14,466 nt of DNA from Candidatus Eiseniibacteriota bacterium (GTDB lineage Bacteria; Eisenbacteria; RBG-16-71-46): the NCBI GenBank assembly GCA_031366795.1, contig JANLOX010000255.1, positions 1-14,466 on the forward strand, written 5' to 3'. Both the position numbers and the translations under genes were made by a program. Numbering within the stretch: the first letter of the stretch is position 1; every line of letters starts with the position of its first letter. The notes beneath the pieces were generated by a model. That model searched no databases. It was not told the DNA's origin and saw only the letters and a list, made by a program, of their open reading frames with translations. Shown one piece after another: positions 7,851 to 14,466 of the stretch.

Positions 7851-9194
7851 CTAGACCTCCAGCAACATGCGCTCGGGAGCTTCCAGTTGCTCCTTCACGC
7901 GGACGAGAAAGGTCACCGCCTGCTCGCCATCGACGATGCGATGGTCGTAGGACAGTGCGACGTACATCATCGGCCGAACCACGACCTGGTCATTGATCAC
8001 GATGGGCCGCTTTTCGATCTTGTGCATGCCGAGAATACCGCTCTGCGGCGGATTGAGGATCGGCGTCGAGAGCAGCGAGCCGTAAACGCCCCCATTGGTC
8101 ACCGTGAACGTACCGCCCACCAGTTCGTCGAGCGACAGCGTGTTGTCCCGCGCGCGCATCGCCAGCCGCACGATCTCGCGCTCGATCGCAGCGAATCCCA
8201 TCGCCTGGGCATTGTGCACCACCGGCACAATCAGCCCGCGCTCGGTGCCCACAGCGACCCCCAAGTGCACGGCATCACGATAGACCATATCGGTGCCGCG
8301 GATCTCGGCATTCAATTCGGGAATCTCACGCAGCGCCTGGATGCAGGCGCGCCCGAAGAAGCTCATGAACCCGAGCCGCACCCCGTGCTTCTGCTCGAAG
8401 GCGTCCTTGTACTTTTGGCGCGCCGCCAGCACGGCGCTCATGTCGATCTCGTTGAAGGTCGTCAGGATCGCCGCGGTGTGCTGCGCCAGGACGAGGCGTT
8501 CGGCGATGCGCTGCCGCAGCCGCGTCATCGGCACGATGCGCTCGCCGGCGCTCGCCGCGACGGCGGGAGCAGCCGGGGCGGCCGACGGTCTTGCGGGCGC
8601 CGGCGGGGCGGTGGCCGCGGGTGGCGCGGGTGATGCGGGCGTCGCTGGTGCCGCGTCGGCAGGTGCCGCCGGCGACGCTGCGCCAAGCCGTTCGACATCT
8701 TCCTTGAGGATCCTGCCGCCGCGACCCGTGCCCGCAATGTCGGCTGGGTTCACGCCGTGTTCCTCGATCAGGCGCCGCGCGGCGGGCCCGGTGGGCGCGT
8801 TCCCTGCCGGCTGCTTGGACGGCGTGGGCGGCGTGGGCACCGCCGCAGCCGGAGCAGCGGCCGGCTTCGCGTCTGCCGCCTTAGCAGGTTCAGCGCGTGT
8901 CATGGTTGCGGATGCCGGCAGCGCTGTCGCAGGCGCCTGCGCGCCGCCCGCAGCCACAGGCTCGAGCCGCGCCAGCACATCACCCACGTGCACCGTCTCT
9001 CCCACATTGCGCGCATGACGCAGGACACCCGCCTCGGTGGCCGCGATCTCCACGGCCGCCTTGTCGGTTTCGAGCGTCGCGATGGGCTCGTCCATGCGCA
9101 CGGTTGAGCCCTCGGGCTTCAGCCATTCGACGAGGACGGCTTCCGAGATCGACTCGGCCAGCCGCGGCACCTTCACTTCGGTGACAGCGCTCAT
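7851..9194 (-). CDS. sucB: 2-oxoglutarate dehydrogenase E2, dihydrolipoyllysine-residue succinyltransferase
   Basis: ATG at 9194 overlaps the sucA TGA (ATGA), with a GGAGG SD. Single lipoyl domain ([10 protein letters not shown]), Ala/Pro linkers, E3-binding domain (GPAARRL...[13 protein letters not shown]) and catalytic domain ([30 protein letters not shown]). Confidence 0.96.
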   Translation of the reverse strand: MSAVTEVKVPRLAESISEAVLVEWLKPEGSTVRMDEPIATLETDKAAVEIAATEAGVLRHARNVGETVHVGDVLARLEPVAAGGAQAPATALPASATMTRAEPAKAADAKPAAAPAAAVPTPPTPSKQPAGNAPTGPAARRLIEEHGVNPADIAGTGRGGRILKEDVERLGAASPAAPADAAPATPASPAPPAATAPPAPARPSAAPAAPAVAASAGERIVPMTRLRQRIAERLVLAQHTAAILTTFNEIDMSAVLAARQKYKDAFEQKHGVRLGFMSFFGRACIQALREIPELNAEIRGTDMVYRDAVHLGVAVGTERGLIVPVVHNAQAMGFAAIEREIVRLAMRARDNTLSLDELVGGTFTVTNGGVYGSLLSTPILNPPQSGILGMHKIEKRPIVINDQVVVRPMMYVALSYDHRIVDGEQAVTFLVRVKEQLEAPERMLLEV

Positions 9195-12001
9195 CGGCTC
9201 GCCCTCCGGCGTCCTGCGGGTGCTGCGACTCCCGGTGCGCTCCCAGGCGCACCGGTCTCGTAGCTGCGCGCAATCAGGTCGCGTTCTTCCTCGCCATGCA
9301 GCGCGTAGTAGCCGGTGGCCGGCGCGGGAACCGCCTTGCGGGCCACGGCGCGCAGGACGCCGCCCTCGGGAAGAATGCCCTCGATGCGGTGCCGGATGTG
9401 GCGCCACGCTCCCATGTTCGCAGGCTCCTCCTGGACCCAACGGATGTCCTTGGCGTTCGGGTAGCGCGCGAACAGTTCGGCGAGCTCGAGCCGCGGGAAG
9501 GGATAGAGCTGTTCGACACGAACAATCGCGTTGCGCGCCTGCGGATGCGCGGCGCGCGCCTCCAGTAGCGTGTAGTAGAACCGCCCCGAGGTCAGCACGA
9601 CGGTCTTGACGGTGGCCGCATCGGCGACCGTCGCGTCATCGATCACGGTGCGGAATCCCTCCGAGGTGAACGCCGACATGGGCGAGACCGCGAGCTTGTG
9701 GCGCAGCAGGCTCTTGGGGCTCATGATCACCAAGGGCTTGCGGAACGGCCGGTGAATCTGGCGGCGCAGCGCATGGAACAACTGCGCCGGCGTCGTGGGG
9801 TTGCACACCTGCATGTTGCCGCGCGCGCACAATTCGAGAAAGCGCTCGAGGCGTGCGCTCGAGTGCTCGGGGCCCTGCCCCTCATAGCCGTGCGGCAGCA
9901 GCAGCACGAGCCCGGACATGCGGCTCCACTTGGCTTCGGAGCTGGCGAGGAACTGGTCGATGATGACCTGGGCAACGTTTGCGAAATCACCGAACTGCGC
10001 CTCCCACACCGCGAGCGTGTGCGGATCGGCGTTGCTGAAGCCGTACTCGTAGCCGAGTGCTGCCGCTTCGCTCAGCATGCTGTTGATGATCTCGAAGCGC
10101 CCCTGCCCCGGCGCCAGGTGCTGCAATGGCACGTGCTGCATGCCCGTGCGCTGCTCATGCAGGATGGCATGGCGGTGGCTGAACGTGCCGCGGCCGACAT
10201 CCTGGCCGCTCATGCGCACGTGGTAGCCCTCGAGCAACAATGTCCCGAAGGCGAGCACTTCGCCGCAGCCCCAGTCGATGCGATCCTCGGCCGCCATCGC
10301 CACGCGATCGGCATAGAGCTTCACCACCTTGGGGTGGGCCTCGAAGCCGCCGGGCAGCCCGGTCACGTCGCGCAGGATCTGCTCGAGCGTCCCGCGGGTG
10401 ACGGAGGTGTGACCTGTCCAATCATCGCCGGCCCACGCCAGCCCTTCCCACGCGCCGACCAACGCCGGCTCGGCGTCGCCGGATTGCGGGGCGCGCGCCC
10501 TGCGATGGGCACCCCCCAGCCGCTGCGCGATCTCCGCTTCCATGGCGTGCACCGTCTGCTCATCGAGCACGCCCTCGCTCACCAGCCGCGAGGCGTAGGT
10601 CTGGGCCGCGGGCGTGTGTGAGGCGATGGTGCGGTACATCACCGGCTGCGTGAAGGTCGGGTCATCGAGTTCGTTATGACCATGGCGGCGGTAGCACACG
10701 AGGTCCACGAACACATCGCGCCGGAACGCCGCGCGGTAAGCAGTCGCCAGCTGGATGGCGTGAATGCAGGCCTCAGGGTCGTCGCCATTGACGTGCAGCA
10801 CCGGCGCATCGATCACGCGGGCGATGTCGGTGGCGTAGCGCGTGGGGCGGCCCTCTTCCGGCGAAGTCGTGAAGCCGACCTGGTTGTTGACGACGATGTG
10901 AACGGTGCCACCCACGTCATAGGCGGGCAACTGCGCCAGCATCAGGGTCTCGGGCACTATGCCCTCGCCGGCAAACGCCGCATCGCCATGGATGAGCACC
11001 GGCCAACAGCGCGTGCGCGCCGTGTCGCCGGCCAGGCCCTGGCGCGCGCGCACCGAGCCGAGCACGACAGGGTTCACGAATTCGAGATGGCTGGGGTTGT
11101 AGTTCATCGTGAGCCGCACCGGGTGGCCCGCGCGCGTCTCGCGCTCGGACGAGAATCCCAAGTGGTACTTAACGTCGCCCTGGTCCTGCATGTCTTCGGG
11201 CGCGAACGCCGATTCGAACTCGCCGAACACACGTTCGAGCGGCTTGCCCAGAATATTCGCGAGCACGTTGAGCCGGCCGCGATGCGGCATGCCGATCACC
11301 ACCTGCTCCACCTTCATGGCCGCGGCGTGCTCGATCAGCGAATCGAGCATCGGCACCAGCGAGGCGGCGCCTTCGAGCGAGAAGCGCTTCTGCCCCACGT
11401 ACTTCACGTGCAGGAACTGCTCGAACGCATCCGCCATCAACAGGCGCTCGAGGATGCGAATGCGCTCGTCGGGGGTGAGTTGGGGGCGGTTGCGCTGGGG
11501 CTCCATGGCGGCTTCGAGCCAGTCGCGGCGTTCCTTGTCGAAGATGTGCATGTACTCGACGCCCAGCGTGCCGCAGTAGGTCTCACGCAGCGCCGCGACC
11601 AGCTCCCCCAGCGAGCCGCGGAACTCACCGCGGAATGGCCGAGCCTCGACCACGCGCCCGAGATCGGCTTCGCCCAGCGAGAATTGTTCGAGCTCGAGCA
11701 GCGGATGGGTCGCCGCGGGCTCCGACAGCGGGTCGAGCCGCGCGACCAAGTGGCCGAATTCCCGGTAGGCCGTCACCAGACCATAGACCCCACCCGCGGG
11801 AGAGGCGGCAGGCGGAGCAGCCATGGCGGCGCCCCCGGCGGCTGGCAGCGGCGCGGCCGAACCCGCGGCAAACTCGAAGCCCGCGAAGAAATGCGCCCAA
11901 TCATCCGGGACGGATGCGGGATCGGATTGGAACCGCTGGTACATCGCCTCGATGTACGGGGCGTTGGCGCGCGATAGGGATTCGCGTGGAATGGGCCTCA
12001 T
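9191..12001 (-). CDS. sucA: 2-oxoglutarate dehydrogenase E1 component
   Basis: N-terminal [18 protein letters not shown], then [30 protein letters not shown], the ThDP motif GDAAFAGEG...[21 protein letters not shown] and [14 protein letters not shown]. Start placed at ATG 12001; the track extension to 12196 is low-complexity and not homologous. Confidence 0.96.
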   Translation of the reverse strand: MRPIPRESLSRANAPYIEAMYQRFQSDPASVPDDWAHFFAGFEFAAGSAAPLPAAGGAAMAAPPAASPAGGVYGLVTAYREFGHLVARLDPLSEPAATHPLLELEQFSLGEADLGRVVEARPFRGEFRGSLGELVAALRETYCGTLGVEYMHIFDKERRDWLEAAMEPQRNRPQLTPDERIRILERLLMADAFEQFLHVKYVGQKRFSLEGAASLVPMLDSLIEHAAAMKVEQVVIGMPHRGRLNVLANILGKPLERVFGEFESAFAPEDMQDQGDVKYHLGFSSERETRAGHPVRLTMNYNPSHLEFVNPVVLGSVRARQGLAGDTARTRCWPVLIHGDAAFAGEGIVPETLMLAQLPAYDVGGTVHIVVNNQVGFTTSPEEGRPTRYATDIARVIDAPVLHVNGDDPEACIHAIQLATAYRAAFRRDVFVDLVCYRRHGHNELDDPTFTQPVMYRTIASHTPAAQTYASRLVSEGVLDEQTVHAMEAEIAQRLGGAHRRARAPQSGDAEPALVGAWEGLAWAGDDWTGHTSVTRGTLEQILRDVTGLPGGFEAHPKVVKLYADRVAMAAEDRIDWGCGEVLAFGTLLLEGYHVRMSGQDVGRGTFSHRHAILHEQRTGMQHVPLQHLAPGQGRFEIINSMLSEAAALGYEYGFSNADPHTLAVWEAQFGDFANVAQVIIDQFLASSEAKWSRMSGLVLLLPHGYEGQGPEHSSARLERFLELCARGNMQVCNPTTPAQLFHALRRQIHRPFRKPLVIMSPKSLLRHKLAVSPMSAFTSEGFRTVIDDATVADAATVKTVVLTSGRFYYTLLEARAAHPQARNAIVRVEQLYPFPRLELAELFARYPNAKDIRWVQEEPANMGAWRHIRHRIEGILPEGGVLRAVARKAVPAPATGYYALHGEEERDLIARSYETGAPGSAPGVAAPAGRRRASR

Positions 12002-12087
12002 CCTGTGTTCTGACGCGCCTTTGGGCTGGGCGGTTCGGGGTCGCGAGACGGCCCCACACGGCTCGTCCGATCGCGGGGCGGGGCCAC

Positions 12088-12096
12088 AGGTTAGCA
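12088..12096 (-). promoter_or_regulatory. Possible extended -10 promoter element for the sucA operon
   Basis: Minus strand reads TG-C-TAACCT (TGn + TAnnnT), about 85 nt upstream of the sucA ATG. No convincing -35. Confidence 0.35.
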
Positions 12097-12277
12097 TGAA
12101 GCGGCCCGCGCCCGCATGTGACCGGCTGGGGACTTGGGGCCCGGGCGCGGCGCGCAGGCGCGCGAGTGGCCGGGTACCGCCCGCCCAACGATGCATTGCG
12201 TTTCATCCGCGGTCCAGGGTCCTGTCAGGCGTTTCGCAACGTCGTTGTAACGTTTGAGCTTCCCACGCATTTGGTCG

Positions 12278-12307
12278 TTGAGCATAGGCCGCATGGTTTG
12301 AGATAGT
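12278..12307 (+). promoter_or_regulatory. Putative sigma70-type promoter for the metallopeptidase gene
   Basis: TTGAGC (12278-12283)-N18-GATAGT (12302-12307) with a TGn extension (tg-a-gatagt), inside a visibly less GC-rich patch. Confidence 0.35.
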
Positions 12308-12454
12308 CAGGGCGCGTCGGAAGTACTGGCCGGCAGCCTCCCCAAGGGCCCCCGTTCCGCACCTCCGTCGAGAGCCTGGTCACCACCGACCCGACACCTT
12401 TCTCGCCCAGGGCGCACTCCCGGCGCCAACTTGATTCTCCAGCTGGAGGGGTTC

Positions 12455-14466
12455 ATGCCGACGCGTAGCCGAGTGCTTCACTTCGCTTTCCCGGCGCTTC
12501 TCTTGGCTGCCCCATGGGCCCTCACGCTCCCGGCGGCGGCTGCCACTCGTCCTGAAATGGAAATTCCTGGCGCCGCGGCCAGCGAAGTTCGCCTCGAACC
12601 GGTCCACATCGGCAACGCCAAGGTGCAGCACGCCCTCTCACAGTCCACGCCATGGCGGAGCTTCGAGTTACGCTTCGGCCTGTGGAACGTCAGCTGGAAC
12701 GAGGCCACGGGCACGCCTCACCGCGCATTCGGTCCGAGCATTCCCCTTGCCGGCTTCGCGAATGACGCCGTGAGCGCCGACCGCGCCGTGCGCGCGTTCA
12801 TCGCCGGGCACCCTGGATTGTTCGGGGGCGCTGGGATCGAACTGAAGAGCCTCGCGGCTACCCGAGCCGGAAACGTCTGGTACGTGCGTTACCAGCAGCA
12901 GGTGAACGGTGTCCCCGTGTTGTTCTCCGACTGGGAATTCCGTGTCGGCACCAACGGTCGCCTGATGATGTTCGGCGCCGATGCCCGCGCGATCCCTGAG
13001 AATCTCGTGACGACGCCGCGGGTGGTGAGTGCCGCGGCCCTCGCCGCCGCACACGCCGGTGAGACCTGGAATCCCGCGGTCGACCGCGTCGAACTCGCGA
13101 AGGACCTCGCCTACGTCCCGGTGACGCGCGCCGACGGCTCGCAGGATCTGCGTCTTGCCTACGACGCCACGGTGAAGCCGGCGCGCTTCGGCGATGCGGA
13201 GCACGTGCTCGTCGACGCCGCCAATGGCCAGACGCTGTTCCGCCGCAAGCTTCGCAACGATGCAGTGACAGGAACGGTGACGGCGCAGATTCATGCCAGC
13301 AGTCCCTACGACCCGTTGATCACCCGCCCGCTACGCAATGCCAAGGTCAACGCGGGAACGCCGTCCGTGATCGCCGATTCGGCGGGAGTCTACTCGATCA
13401 ATGCGAGCAACTACCCCACCGTCATCACCAGTTCGTTCATCGGCCCCTATTGCCAAGTGATGCGCATCGACGGTGCCGCAGGCGCCTTCAGCAAATCCAC
13501 CGTCGCAGACAACTCGGTCCAGAACGTGGGCTGGGCGACATCCAACTCACAGCCGTCCGAGCGCGACGCGTACTACCACACCAATCTCGCGCACGACTGG
13601 GTCAAGGCGATGGACCCGGGCCTGACGTCCATCGACTACAGCCTCATGGTCAACGTGAACTGGAACGACGGCACCGATTGCGAAGCCTACTGGGACCAGT
13701 TGACAAACTCGCTCAACTACTGGCTCGAGGGCGCCACCTGCCCGAACACGGCCACGATCCCCGACCTGGTCTGGCACGAGTATTCGCACATGGTGGACTA
13801 CAACCTCTACTTCGCGAACGGCAACGCGAACGGACTGCAGAACGGCGCATTGGGTGAAGGCCTCGCCGACGCGTTCACCGTGCTGCTCGGCAACGAACCG
13901 CTGGTGGGAAATGGATTCACGGGCCCCAACACGTTCATCCGGGACGTGCGTGTTGGAGCGCGCTATCCCGAGAACGACCCGCCGGATTCGCACGTTGCCG
14001 GGCTGATCCTCGCGGGCGCACTGTGGGACCTCAAGGTGGCAACGAATGTGACGCTCGCCAGCCGCCTCATGCACTTCGCCAAGTACGGGTTGCCGGACGA
14101 TCCCAATGACGGCGTGGCACTCAGCGAATACTTTCTCGACGTGTTGGTCGCCGACGACAACGACGCGGACCTTTCCAACGGCACACCAAACCTGACGGCG
14201 ATCAACACGGCATTCAGCAATCACGGCATCGGCATGAACTACTTCCTGAGTGTGGCGCATGACCCTCTGGGCGACCAGCCGTCCAACGGCCCCTACCCGA
14301 TCAATGCCACCATCACCTTCGGCGGCCCGATCGGCGGCTTCAGCAACGCCAAGTTGTTTTACTCGGTGAACAAGACCCCGTATGTCAGCGCCAACATGCT
14401 CCCGACGGGCAACCCGGACGAGTACGGTGCCGAAATCCCGAATGAATCCTTCGGCGTGGTGCGCTA
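12455..14466 (+). CDS. 3'-truncated secreted zinc metallopeptidase, M4/M36 (thermolysin/fungalysin-like gluzincin), with propeptide and C-terminal beta-rich domain
   Basis: Translated by hand: GGAGG SD (12445-12449), ATG 12455, and no stop for 670 codons to the window edge. Signal peptide MPTRSRVLHFAFPALLLAAPWALTLPAAA; FTP-like WYVRYQQQVNGVPV; PepSY-like VLVDAANGQTLFRR; HEYSH (13775-13789); GALGEGLAD (Glu at 13856); DSHVAGLILAGALWDL; acidic DDNDADLSNGTPN. Confidence 0.9.
   Translation, partial: MPTRSRVLHFAFPALLLAAPWALTLPAAAATRPEMEIPGAAASEVRLEPVHIGNAKVQHALSQSTPWRSFELRFGLWNVSWNEATGTPHRAFGPSIPLAGFANDAVSADRAVRAFIAGHPGLFGGAGIELKSLAATRAGNVWYVRYQQQVNGVPVLFSDWEFRVGTNGRLMMFGADARAIPENLVTTPRVVSAAALAAAHAGETWNPAVDRVELAKDLAYVPVTRADGSQDLRLAYDATVKPARFGDAEHVLVDAANGQTLFRRKLRNDAVTGTVTAQIHASSPYDPLITRPLRNAKVNAGTPSVIADSAGVYSINASNYPTVITSSFIGPYCQVMRIDGAAGAFSKSTVADNSVQNVGWATSNSQPSERDAYYHTNLAHDWVKAMDPGLTSIDYSLMVNVNWNDGTDCEAYWDQLTNSLNYWLEGATCPNTATIPDLVWHEYSHMVDYNLYFANGNANGLQNGALGEGLADAFTVLLGNEPLVGNGFTGPNTFIRDVRVGARYPENDPPDSHVAGLILAGALWDLKVATNVTLASRLMHFAKYGLPDDPNDGVALSEYFLDVLVADDNDADLSNGTPNLTAINTAFSNHGIGMNYFLSVAHDPLGDQPSNGPYPINATITFGGPIGGFSNAKLFYSVNKTPYVSANMLPTGNPDEYGAEIPNESFGVVR

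Noticed and set aside
8545..8960. Repetitive GC-rich stretches within sucB
   Set aside because: They encode the ordinary Ala/Pro-rich flexible linkers flanking the E3-binding domain of E2.
1784..11977. Long antisense ORFs in the track (e.g. 1784..2989, 6055..7410, 6305..7234, 7458..8633, 9698..10621, 10676..11977, all +)
   Set aside because: They lie opposite well-supported genes and have no recognisable motifs. Such shadow ORFs are expected from high-GC codon bias.
152..12196. N-terminal extensions given by the track for suhB (152), the methyltransferase (3202), the MBL hydrolase (5843), sucB (9440) and sucA (12196)
   Set aside because: The extensions overlap neighbouring genes or promoters and are low-complexity. 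Downstream starts fit better with SD or overlap geometry and with where family homology begins.
12091..12294. 67-aa minus-strand ORF upstream of sucA (MRPMLNDQMRGKLKRY...)
   Set aside because: No SD, no recognisable motif, and it runs through what looks like regulatory DNA. It cannot be excluded without ribosome profiling but is unsupported.
12002..12454. tRNA, SRP RNA or known riboswitch in the long intergenic region
   Set aside because: By eye I found no tRNA cloverleaf with a T-loop, no SRP core, and no TPP, cobalamin, SAM or c-di-GMP consensus. A covariance-model search would be needed to exclude them fully.
12668..14260. Track ORFs 12668..13294 (-), 13547..14260 (-) and 13450..13857 (+)
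   Set aside because: They are antisense or out-of-frame shadows of the metallopeptidase frame starting at 12455.

Overview
High-GC bacterial chromosomal window of mostly housekeeping genes. I see no mobile element, CRISPR array, tRNA or rRNA. Left to right: (+) the 3' end of a PD-(D/E)XK nuclease gene with a Cys cluster (AddAB/UvrD-nuclease-like); (+) suhB-type inositol monophosphatase; (-) an exported TPR + GWxTD-like protein; (+) a rhodanese-like/SAM-methyltransferase (TehB-like) fusion; (-) a DedA membrane protein; (-) a YtnP-like metallo-beta-lactamase-fold hydrolase; (-) a 2-oxoglutarate dehydrogenase operon with an extra, tightly packed HD-domain gene (sucA-sucB-HD-lpdA). After a 453-bp divergent intergenic region comes (+) a large secreted M4/M36-like zinc metallopeptidase that starts at 12455 and runs off the right edge; the ORF track misses it. 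The best leads are the HD gene inside the OGDH operon, the missed multidomain peptidase with variant motifs, the Cys-less rhodanese-methyltransferase fusion converging on DedA and the MBL hydrolase, and two genes whose promoter geometry suggests leaderless mRNAs. The gene mix is reminiscent of FCB-related candidate phyla such as Eisenbacteria, but that is only a weak inference.
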